From the NCBI GenBank assembly GCA_028282105.1, contig JANQIO010000236.1, positions 14,571-78,570 on the forward strand: DNA of 64,000 bases, given 5' to 3'. Numbering within the stretch: position 1 is the stretch's first letter; each line of letters begins with the position of its first letter. A program made the position numbers and the translations under genes. Shown here piece after piece: positions 56,708 through 64,000 of this stretch. The stretch comes from Halieaceae bacterium (lineage in GTDB: Bacteria; Pseudomonadota; Gammaproteobacteria; Pseudomonadales; Halieaceae). A model generated the notes under the pieces. The model saw only the letters and a list, made by a program, of their open reading frames with translations. It ran no database searches and had not been told where the DNA came from.

Positions 56708-58127
56708 TACGCACTTCCAGGTGCCGGAGATGCGCCGCATTGAAGGCATTCACATGATTGGTATCGGCGGCGCCGGCATGAGTGGTATTGCCGAGGTGCT
56801 GCGCAACCTGGGCTATGCGGTAAGCGGTTCGGATATGCGCGCCAGCGCGGTCACGGAACGCCTGGCCGAACTGGGCATCCCGGTGGCGATCGGACACGCC
56901 AGTTCCCAGGTGGAAGGTGCCGATGTCGTGGTGATTTCCAGCGCGGTGGCCGAGGACAACCCGGAACTGCTCGCTGCCCGCGCGGCGCGAATCCCGGTAG
57001 TCCCTCGCGCCGAGATGCTCGCCGAGCTGATGCGCTACCGGCACGGCATCGCCGTGGCAGGCACCCACGGCAAGACCACCACCACCAGCCTGATTGCCTC
57101 AATTTTCGCGGAGGCCGGTCTCGACCCGACCTTTGTTATCGGCGGCTTGGTGAACAGCGCCGGCACCAATGCCCAGCTCGGCGCCAGCCGCTTCCTGATC
57201 GCCGAAGCCGACGAGAGCGATGCCTCCTTCCTGCATTTGCAGCCCATGGTGTCGGTGGTGACAAACATCGAAGCCGACCACATGGAAACCTATGGCGGCG
57301 ATTTCGCGCAGCTGCGGGATACCTTCATCGGTTTCCTGCACAACCTGCCGTTTTACGGCGTTGCGGTACTGTGCGTGGATGACCCCGTGATTGCCGGGCT
57401 GTTGGATGAGGTGGGGCGCACAACCCTGACCTACGGCTTCAACGACAGCGCCGACTACCGGATAGTTGAGGTCGAGAAGCGCGCCCTGGCGACGCGCTTC
57501 AAGGTGCGGCGTCCCGACGGCAGCATCCTGCCGCTGGAGCTGAATATGCCGGGCCTGCACAACGTGCTGAATGCCACCGCGGCGGTAGCGGTAGCCTGTG
57601 ACGAAGGCCTGGAGGACGCTGCCATTGTTGCCGGGCTCAAGCACTTCCAGGGTGTGGGGCGGCGTTTCCAGATTATCGGCGAGCTGGTGCTGCCGGCTGG
57701 CAGCGCTACACTTGTGGACGACTACGGGCATCACCCCACCGAGCTGGCCGCCACTATCGAAGCGGCACGCCAGGCCTGGCCCGGACAGCGCCTGGTGATG
57801 ATATTCCAGCCGCATCGCTACACCCGCACCCGCGATCTTTACGACGACTTCGTCAAGGTGCTATCGGGCGCCGACATGTTGCTGCTGCTGGATGTGTATC
57901 CCGCCGGGGAGTCAGCGCTGACCGGAGCTGAATCCCGTTCCCTGGCGGGGTCGATTCGGCAGCGCGGCCAGCTTGACCCGATCTACGTGGACGACCGGGA
58001 TGCCGTGCCGGCAGTACTGGAAGGCCTGCTGGAACCTGGGGACGTGGTCCTCACCCAGGGTGCGGGTAACGTGGTGCAGGTGGCCGAGAGCCTGCGCAGC
58101 CATGATTTCAGCGGAGGAGCGGCATGA
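56697..58127 (+). CDS. murC: UDP-N-acetylmuramate--L-alanine ligase
   Basis: ORF track starts at 56637, inside murG. The GTG at 56697 is preceded by gaggagg. [26 protein letters not shown] and the [11 protein letters not shown]-loop. Confidence 0.9.
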   Translation: MAADTHFQVPEMRRIEGIHMIGIGGAGMSGIAEVLRNLGYAVSGSDMRASAVTERLAELGIPVAIGHASSQVEGADVVVISSAVAEDNPELLAARAARIPVVPRAEMLAELMRYRHGIAVAGTHGKTTTTSLIASIFAEAGLDPTFVIGGLVNSAGTNAQLGASRFLIAEADESDASFLHLQPMVSVVTNIEADHMETYGGDFAQLRDTFIGFLHNLPFYGVAVLCVDDPVIAGLLDEVGRTTLTYGFNDSADYRIVEVEKRALATRFKVRRPDGSILPLELNMPGLHNVLNATAAVAVACDEGLEDAAIVAGLKHFQGVGRRFQIIGELVLPAGSATLVDDYGHHPTELAATIEAARQAWPGQRLVMIFQPHRYTRTRDLYDDFVKVLSGADMLLLLDVYPAGESALTGAESRSLAGSIRQRGQLDPIYVDDRDAVPAVLEGLLEPGDVVLTQGAGNVVQVAESLRSHDFSGGAA

Positions 58128-59038
58128 ACCTGGCGCAGTTGGTGGACTTGCCGGTGGCGGTGCTGCTGGGCGGCACCTCACCGGAGCGGGAGGTGTCTTT
58201 GCAGAGCGGCGCTGCGGTGGCCGCGGCCCTGGATGCCCTGGGCGCCCGGGTAACGCGCCTCGACACCGCCGAGCCCGACTGGTGGCAGCCCCTGCTGGGC
58301 AACGAGTTGGTGTTTGTGGTGCTGCACGGCGCCGGCGGTGAAGACGGCACCGTACAGGGCATGCTCGAAACGCTCGGCCTGCCGTACACCGGCTCTGGCG
58401 TACTCGCGTCTGCTCTGGCCATGGACAAGCCGCGCTGTAAGCAGCTGTGGCGTGGCCTGGGCCTGCCCACCCAGGCCTTTGTCGTTCTGCAGTCGGACAG
58501 TGACTGGGCGGCGGTGATGGATGAGTTGGGGGCTGCCTTTGTAAAACCCGCCAGCGGCGGCTCCAGCATCGGTACTCGCGGGGTGGAAACCGCCGCCGAG
58601 CTGGAGGCGGCCTGGCGGGAGTGTCAGCAGTACGGCCCGCTCATCGCCGAGCGCCTGGTACGCGGCCCGGAGTACACCGTGGCGGTATTGGGTGATGAGG
58701 TGTTGCCGGCGATACGCGTGGAGACCGACAACGCCTTCTACGACTACGAGGCCAAGTACCAGTCAGACAGCACCCGCTACCTCTGCCCCTGCGGACTTAC
58801 GGCCGACGAGGAGGCGGAGTTGGCCGCGTTGGCGCGGGCGGCTTTTGATTCACTGGACTGCAGCGTCTGGGGGCGCGTGGACTTTATGCGCGATAGTGAT
58901 GGCCGTTTCTATCTGCTGGAAGTCAACACGGTGCCGGGCATGACCAGCCACAGCCTGGTGCCGATGGCGGCGGCGGCCCGTGGCCTGGATTTCGAGCAAC
59001 TGGTGGGCCGTATTGCCTGCCTGAGCCTGGAGGCGTAA
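58124..59038 (+). CDS. ddl: D-alanine--D-alanine ligase
   Basis: 304 aa. [18 protein letters not shown]-grasp blocks, [10 protein letters not shown]. Confidence 0.94.
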   Translation: MNLAQLVDLPVAVLLGGTSPEREVSLQSGAAVAAALDALGARVTRLDTAEPDWWQPLLGNELVFVVLHGAGGEDGTVQGMLETLGLPYTGSGVLASALAMDKPRCKQLWRGLGLPTQAFVVLQSDSDWAAVMDELGAAFVKPASGGSSIGTRGVETAAELEAAWRECQQYGPLIAERLVRGPEYTVAVLGDEVLPAIRVETDNAFYDYEAKYQSDSTRYLCPCGLTADEEAELAALARAAFDSLDCSVWGRVDFMRDSDGRFYLLEVNTVPGMTSHSLVPMAAAARGLDFEQLVGRIACLSLEA

Positions 59039-59793
59039 TGGCGACTGGCGCGACTCGCAAGTCAAAGCCACGGCGGCGGCCGCAGCGCGGCGTGACGCTG
59101 CTGCGGCCGCTGCTGTCCGCCAGCCTGGGACTGGCCCTGCTGGGCCTGGTCGGGCTGGCCGGCTGGCAGCTGCTGCGCATGCCGGTGAATCGGGTGGTGG
59201 TGACCGGGGACATCCAGCAGGTATCCCGGGATGAGTTGATGGCGGTAATCAGCGATTCCATCAGCGGCGGCTTTCTGTGGCTGGACCTGCAGGTGATTCG
59301 CGAGCCGCTGGAGGCCTTGCCCTGGGTGCATCGCGCCATTGTGCGGCGCCAGTGGCCGGACGCGATAGAGGTGCGTGTTGTCGAGCAGCGACCGATCGCG
59401 CGCTGGGGAGACGATGCCTATCTCAACCACGCCGGCGAAGTGTTTCGGCCGGAGCTGGCGGTCGATGCCGCAGGACTGCCCGCGCTACGGGGCCCGCTGG
59501 GCAGCCAGGGAGAGATCATCAACCACTACCAGCGGGTTCAGGAGCACCTGCAGCCGCTGGGCCTGAGGGTGGCCGGCATGCGCATGACGGCCAGGGGCGG
59601 TCTCACGGCGCTGCTGGTGGGTGGCGGTGAGCTGGTGTTCGACCGCGATGAGTTGGCCGTGCAACTGGGGCGGTTGGAAACCATTTACCAGGCGCGGCTG
59701 GCACATCGCCGCGACGAATTGGCGCGGGTAGACCTGCGCTACAGCCAGGGCGCAGCGGTGGCCTGGCGCACAGATAAAAAACAAGAGACCTAG
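59038..59793 (+). CDS. ftsQ: Cell division protein FtsQ
   Basis: 251 aa. Basic N-terminus, a single TM, and a POTRA-like block (VVVTGDIQQVSRDEL). Conserved position. Confidence 0.88.
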   Translation: MATGATRKSKPRRRPQRGVTLLRPLLSASLGLALLGLVGLAGWQLLRMPVNRVVVTGDIQQVSRDELMAVISDSISGGFLWLDLQVIREPLEALPWVHRAIVRRQWPDAIEVRVVEQRPIARWGDDAYLNHAGEVFRPELAVDAAGLPALRGPLGSQGEIINHYQRVQEHLQPLGLRVAGMRMTARGGLTALLVGGGELVFDRDELAVQLGRLETIYQARLAHRRDELARVDLRYSQGAAVAWRTDKKQET

Positions 59794-59812
59794 GACCGAG
59801 GGAGACGGGCTC

Positions 59813-61051
59813 ATGGGGAGCGCACAGGACCGGAAGATGATTGTGGGGCTGGATATCGGCACCTCCAAGGTCGTGGCGATCGTCGGCGAGATCGCCGGCG
59901 ACGGCACCATCGAGGTGGTGGGCATCGGCTCGCACCCGAGCAAGGGACTCAAGAAGGGCGTGGTGGTCAATATCGAGTCCACGGTGCAGTCCATCCAGCG
60001 CGCAGTGGAGGAAGCCGAGCTGATGGCCGGTTGCCAGATTCACTCGGTATACGTGGGCATCGCCGGCAGCCATATCCGCAGCCTCAACAGCCATGGCATC
60101 GTCGCCATTCGTGATCGCGAGGTTTATGCCCTGGACGTGGAACGTGTTATTGACGCCGCCCAGGCGGTGGCAATTCCCGCCGACCAGCGGGTGCTGCACA
60201 TCCTGCCCCAGGAGTACGTGATCGATAACCAGGAGGGCATCAAGGAGCCACTGGGCATGTCCGGTGTGCGCCTGGAAGCCAAGGTGCACCTGGTGACCTG
60301 CGCCACCAATGCCTCCCAGAACATCGAGAAGTGCATCCGCCGCTGCGGCCTGGACGTCGAGGACATCATTCTGGAGCAACTGGCCTCCAGCTACGCCGTG
60401 CTGACCGAGGACGAGAAGGAACTGGGTGTTTGCCTGGTGGATATCGGCGGCGGCACTACCGATATCGCCATCTTTACCGAGGGCTCGATTCGCCACACCG
60501 GGGTGATCCCGATTGCCGGTGACCAGGTGACTAACGATATTGCCATGGCACTGCGTACGCCGACCCAGCACGCCGAGGAAATCAAGATCAAGTATGCCTG
60601 CGCGCTGACCCAGCTGGCCGGTGCCGATGAAACCATCAAGGTGCCCAGTGTGGGTGATCGCGCGCCGCGGGACCTGTCCCGCCAGGCCCTGGCCGAAGTG
60701 GTCGAGCCGCGCTATGACGAGCTGTTCACGCTGGTGCAGGCGGAGCTGCGCCGCTCAGGCTTCGAAGACCTGGTGCCGGCCGGCATCGTACTCACCGGCG
60801 GCACCTCGAAGATGGAAGGGGTCGTCGAGCTGGCCGAGGAGATTTTCCATATGCCGGTGCGGGTGGGATTCCCACAGACGGTGACCGGGCTCACGGACAT
60901 TGTCCGCAACCCGATTTATTCCACCGGGGTTGGCCTGCTGCAATACGGGGCGGCGCGCCAGGATGACACAGTACCGCGGCCGGCGGCCCGGGGGCCGGCT
61001 CCGCCCAGCCCGCTGGAGCGCCTGAAGAGCTGGTTCAAGAACAACTTTTAG
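59813..61051 (+). CDS. ftsA: Cell division protein FtsA
   Basis: 412 aa. VGLDIGTSKVVAIVGE, DIGGGTTDIA, and a C-terminal amphipathic helix LERLKSWFKNNF. Confidence 0.95.
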   Translation: MGSAQDRKMIVGLDIGTSKVVAIVGEIAGDGTIEVVGIGSHPSKGLKKGVVVNIESTVQSIQRAVEEAELMAGCQIHSVYVGIAGSHIRSLNSHGIVAIRDREVYALDVERVIDAAQAVAIPADQRVLHILPQEYVIDNQEGIKEPLGMSGVRLEAKVHLVTCATNASQNIEKCIRRCGLDVEDIILEQLASSYAVLTEDEKELGVCLVDIGGGTTDIAIFTEGSIRHTGVIPIAGDQVTNDIAMALRTPTQHAEEIKIKYACALTQLAGADETIKVPSVGDRAPRDLSRQALAEVVEPRYDELFTLVQAELRRSGFEDLVPAGIVLTGGTSKMEGVVELAEEIFHMPVRVGFPQTVTGLTDIVRNPIYSTGVGLLQYGAARQDDTVPRPAARGPAPPSPLERLKSWFKNNF

Positions 61052-61136
61052 CCACCTGTGACGACCATGCACAGGCGTCTAGTTGTAAATCGGCGGTGCT
61101 CGCACCGCCAGACTTTAAGAAGGGGAGAAACTGGAA

Positions 61137-62294
61137 ATGTTTGAACTGATAGATAACGTACCAGAGAGTGCCGTCATCAAGGTGATCGGTGTGGGCGGTG
61201 GCGGTGGTAACGCCGTCAAGCACATGATCGACAACCAGGTTGACGGCGTTGATTTCATCTGTGCCAACACCGACGCCCAGGCGCTGAACGATGTGGCCGC
61301 CCGCACCGTGCTGCAACTGGGTGGCGATATCACCAAGGGCCTGGGCGCCGGCGCCAACCCGGATATCGGCCGAGCTGCCGCCATGGAAGACCGCGACCGG
61401 ATCGCCGATTCGCTGCGCGGCGCTGATATGGTGTTCATCACCGCCGGTATGGGGGGTGGCACCGGTACCGGTGCGGCGCCGGTAGTCGCCGAGGTGGCGC
61501 GTGAGATGGGGATTCTCACAGTCGCCGTGGTGACCCGGCCGTTCATCTTTGAGGGCAAGAAGCGCACCGTCATTGCCAACGAAGGCATGAAAGAACTTCA
61601 GCAGCATGTGGATTCGCTGATCACCATTCCCAACGAGAAGCTGCTGGAGGTACTCGGCAAGAGCACCTCGCTGCTGGAAGCCTTCAAGGAAGCCAACGAT
61701 GTGCTGCTGGGCGCGGTGCAGGGCATAGCCGACCTGATCATCCGTCCCGGTATGATCAACGTCGACTTTGCCGATGTGCGCACAGTGATGTCGGAGATGG
61801 GCATGGCCATGATGGGCACTGGCGGCGCCCGCGGTGAGAACCGCGCCCGCGAGGCGGCCGAGGCGGCGATTCGCAGCCCGCTGCTCGAGGATATCAACCT
61901 GGAGGGTGCCCGCGGCATCCTGGTGAACATCACCGCGGGCCTCGATTTGTCCCTGGGCGAGTTCTCGGAAGTGGGTGATGCCGTAGAGGAGTTTGCCTCT
62001 GACAACGCGACAGTTGTGGTGGGCACAGTCATCGACCCGGATATGGCCGACGATCTCAAGGTCACGGTGGTGGCCACCGGCCTGGGGTCGGAAGCGGTAC
62101 GCGCCGCGCCCCTGCAGGTGGTGGAGAGTGCGCCGAAGCCGGCGGATCCGGCGGAAGCGCCGGTACGGCGTCGCGCCGCCACAGAGGAGAAGGCAGCCTC
62201 TGCCGAGGCGTCCAAGGAAGCGGGACTGGCGGCTGCCGTCGGGCAGGAAGACTACTTCGATATCCCTGCTTTCCTGCGCCGCCAGGCTGACTGA
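61137..62294 (+). CDS. ftsZ: Cell division GTPase FtsZ
   Basis: 385 aa. [10 protein letters not shown], the tubulin signature [13 protein letters not shown], and the C-terminal peptide [14 protein letters not shown]. Confidence 0.98.
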   Translation: MFELIDNVPESAVIKVIGVGGGGGNAVKHMIDNQVDGVDFICANTDAQALNDVAARTVLQLGGDITKGLGAGANPDIGRAAAMEDRDRIADSLRGADMVFITAGMGGGTGTGAAPVVAEVAREMGILTVAVVTRPFIFEGKKRTVIANEGMKELQQHVDSLITIPNEKLLEVLGKSTSLLEAFKEANDVLLGAVQGIADLIIRPGMINVDFADVRTVMSEMGMAMMGTGGARGENRAREAAEAAIRSPLLEDINLEGARGILVNITAGLDLSLGEFSEVGDAVEEFASDNATVVVGTVIDPDMADDLKVTVVATGLGSEAVRAAPLQVVESAPKPADPAEAPVRRRAATEEKAASAEASKEAGLAAAVGQEDYFDIPAFLRRQAD

Positions 62295-62417
62295 GACGGG
62301 TCGACTCAGTCCGCGCGAGGGCTGCGCTGAACGGTCTGCTACGGACCGGGCCAGCGCGACCCTGCGGCGGCGGGTCGGCCCCGGCTGACCCCTTGCCCTG
62401 GTAGGCTCCGCTGCCGC

Positions 62418-62447
62418 ACGGCCGGGTTGCTGCTGCAACCCGGCCGT
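62418..62447 (+). terminator. Perfect 13-bp stem / 4-nt loop hairpin downstream of ftsZ
   Basis: acggccgggttgc tgct gcaacccggccgt. It is followed by cacatttcc, a weak T-tract, so terminator function is only plausible. Confidence 0.4.
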
Positions 62448-62657
62448 CACATTTCCCAAGTTCCAAACTGTCAAGAGCGGGCCGGATTGCCGCTAAAAAA
62501 CGCTAGTCACTCCTTGTTTGTGTGAATAAGGTCCCAAAACGCCCAAATTTCGAGGGTTTTCAGTAGCTTTCAGAGGTCACAGCGCGGTATTTAACACGTA
62601 GTATTTCACAAACACTTATGCCAATATTCACGACTTCTGGGGATCTAGACCAATAAA

Positions 62658-63584
62658 ATGAAGATCATTGTCGTCGACAAGAGGCTGGGCGCCTCCCGAG
62701 CGATCACGCTTGGGAAGTGGTCTCGCACGGTGCTGTCACTGTGCGCGATCGGCCTGCCGCTGGGCATGGTGGGCCTCGGCTACCATCTGGCCCAGGCCGT
62801 CGGCGTACCGGAATCCCTGGCACCGCTGCAGGATGAGGTCGAAGCCCAGAATGAGGCGATTGCCGACCTGCGCGCCGATGCCGAGCGCCGCCTGCAATCG
62901 ATTTCCCTGACTGTCGCCGAAATGGAAGCGCGCCTGGTGCGCCTGGATGCCATGGGCACGCGCCTCACTGGCCTGGCAGGCCTGGATGATGGCGAGTTTG
63001 ATTTCAGCCAGACCCCGGCCCTGGGCGGTCCCCTGAGTACCGGGGAAGGCGCCGAGGGCTATGCTGCCATGCCATCGACCCTGGCCTCGGAAATGGGCGA
63101 CCTCGAGGCGCGCATCGCCGACCGCGAGCAGCAGCTCGATTTCCTGCAGGCGGTGCTGTCCAACCGCCAGCTTCAGAAAGACGTTTTCCTGTCCGGCCGC
63201 CCGATCAAGAAGGGCTGGCTGTCATCGCCCTACGGGCAGCGCAAGGACCCCTTCAACGGGCAGACCATGTGGCACCAGGGTGTCGATTTTGCCGGCAAGC
63301 TCGGTTCTGACATCGTGGCGGTAGCCGGTGGCGTGGTGACCTGGTCCGGTGATCGCTACGGCTACGGCGAAATGGTGGAAATCAACCACGGTGGCGGCTA
63401 CTCCACCCGCTACGCCCACAACAAGGAAAACCTGGTCAAGGTGGGCGATATCGTCAGCAAGGGCCAGGTGATCGCGCATATGGGCTCCAGCGGCCGTTCC
63501 ACCGGCCCCCATGTGCACTACGAGGTCTACAAGAACGGTCGCCCCGTCGACCCCGCAACATACGTGCGCCGCACCCGGCGCTGA
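62658..63584 (+). CDS. M23-family metallopeptidase (murein DD-endopeptidase-like)
   Basis: 308 aa. N-terminal TM, a coiled coil, then LytM-domain motifs HQGVDFAG, YGEMVEINHGGGYSTRYAH and GPHVHYEV. Confidence 0.88.
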   Translation: MKIIVVDKRLGASRAITLGKWSRTVLSLCAIGLPLGMVGLGYHLAQAVGVPESLAPLQDEVEAQNEAIADLRADAERRLQSISLTVAEMEARLVRLDAMGTRLTGLAGLDDGEFDFSQTPALGGPLSTGEGAEGYAAMPSTLASEMGDLEARIADREQQLDFLQAVLSNRQLQKDVFLSGRPIKKGWLSSPYGQRKDPFNGQTMWHQGVDFAGKLGSDIVAVAGGVVTWSGDRYGYGEMVEINHGGGYSTRYAHNKENLVKVGDIVSKGQVIAHMGSSGRSTGPHVHYEVYKNGRPVDPATYVRRTRR

Positions 63585-63674
63585 CCCCGAAATCGCGCTA
63601 AAATCCCGGCCGGGCGGATGGACATTCGCCTCGGCGTCCCCATATACACCCCCAAATCGCATTAGACGGGTCCC

Positions 63675-64000
63675 ATGATTTCCAAGTTTCTGAAACTGAT
63701 ATTCGGCAGCAGCAATGATCGCGAGCTGAAACGCATGCGCAAAGTGGTCAGAAAGATCAACGAGCTGGCCGAATCCACCGCCGCCCTCAGCGATGAAGCG
63801 CTGCGGGCGAAAACCGACGAGTTTCGCCAGCGCCTGACCGATGGCGAACAACTCGACAAGCTGCTGCCGGAAGCCTTTGCCGTGGTGCGCGAGGCCGGTG
63901 AGCGCACCCTGGGTATGCGCCACTTCGATGTACAGCTGATCGGCGGCATCACCCTGCACGAGGGCAAGATTGCCGAAATGCGCACCGGTGAGGGCAAGAC
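63675..64000 (+). CDS. secA: Preprotein translocase ATPase SecA, 5' partial (runs off the window)
   Basis: The ATG at 63675 is read directly. Translation is [25 protein letters not shown]...[29 protein letters not shown], the canonical SecA N-terminus. It is absent from the ORF track because there is no stop codon in the window. Confidence 0.95.
   Translation, partial: MISKFLKLIFGSSNDRELKRMRKVVRKINELAESTAALSDEALRAKTDEFRQRLTDGEQLDKLLPEAFAVVREAGERTLGMRHFDVQLIGGITLHEGKIAEMRTGEGK

Overview
GC-rich gammaproteobacterial chromosome segment. The gene order of the right half resembles Pseudomonadales/Cellvibrionales-type genomes. All family calls come from motifs read in the supplied translations and from the raw sequence. 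No searches were run, so every family assignment needs HMM/BLAST confirmation.

RIGHT HALF (about 34.7-64 kb) is conserved housekeeping:
- rplM-rpsI; petA plus a single uninterrupted cytochrome b/c1 ORF; sspA-sspB
- dolP(yraP)-diaA-yraN-lpoA, divergent from rsmI
- RNase P RNA (rnpB), followed by a patch of REP/MITE-like repeats
- a complete dcw cluster (mraZ rsmH ftsL ftsI murE murF mraY murD ftsW murG murC ddl ftsQ ftsA ftsZ)
- an M23 peptidase and the 5' end of secA
- lpxC is absent from its usual slot after ftsZ.

LEFT HALF (83-34677) is a dense envelope-lipid/glycan island.
- It contains a sphingolipid-type core set: a serine-palmitoyltransferase-like alpha-oxoamine synthase with its own ACP, a fatty acyl-AMP ligase, an SDR reductase and a GNAT-like acyltransferase. 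An Sfp-type PPTase sits at the far end.
- murA is translationally coupled to the spt-like gene.
- The core is joined to an unusually paralog-rich block: 4 PAPS-type sulfotransferases, 3 ELM1/GtrOC1-type putative glycosyltransferases, 3 copies of an unnamed GT-A-like family, a GT2 and 2 small 2OG-Fe(II) oxygenases.
- The block also holds an O-antigen-ligase-family protein, a DAGK-fold lipid kinase next to a Tam41-like protein, an MsbA-type ABC exporter and lptF-lptG.
- I read this as a candidate system for making and exporting a sulfated glycolipid: either a sulfated glycosphingolipid or a sulfated LPS core.

No tRNA, rRNA, CRISPR array, transposase or integrase was seen.
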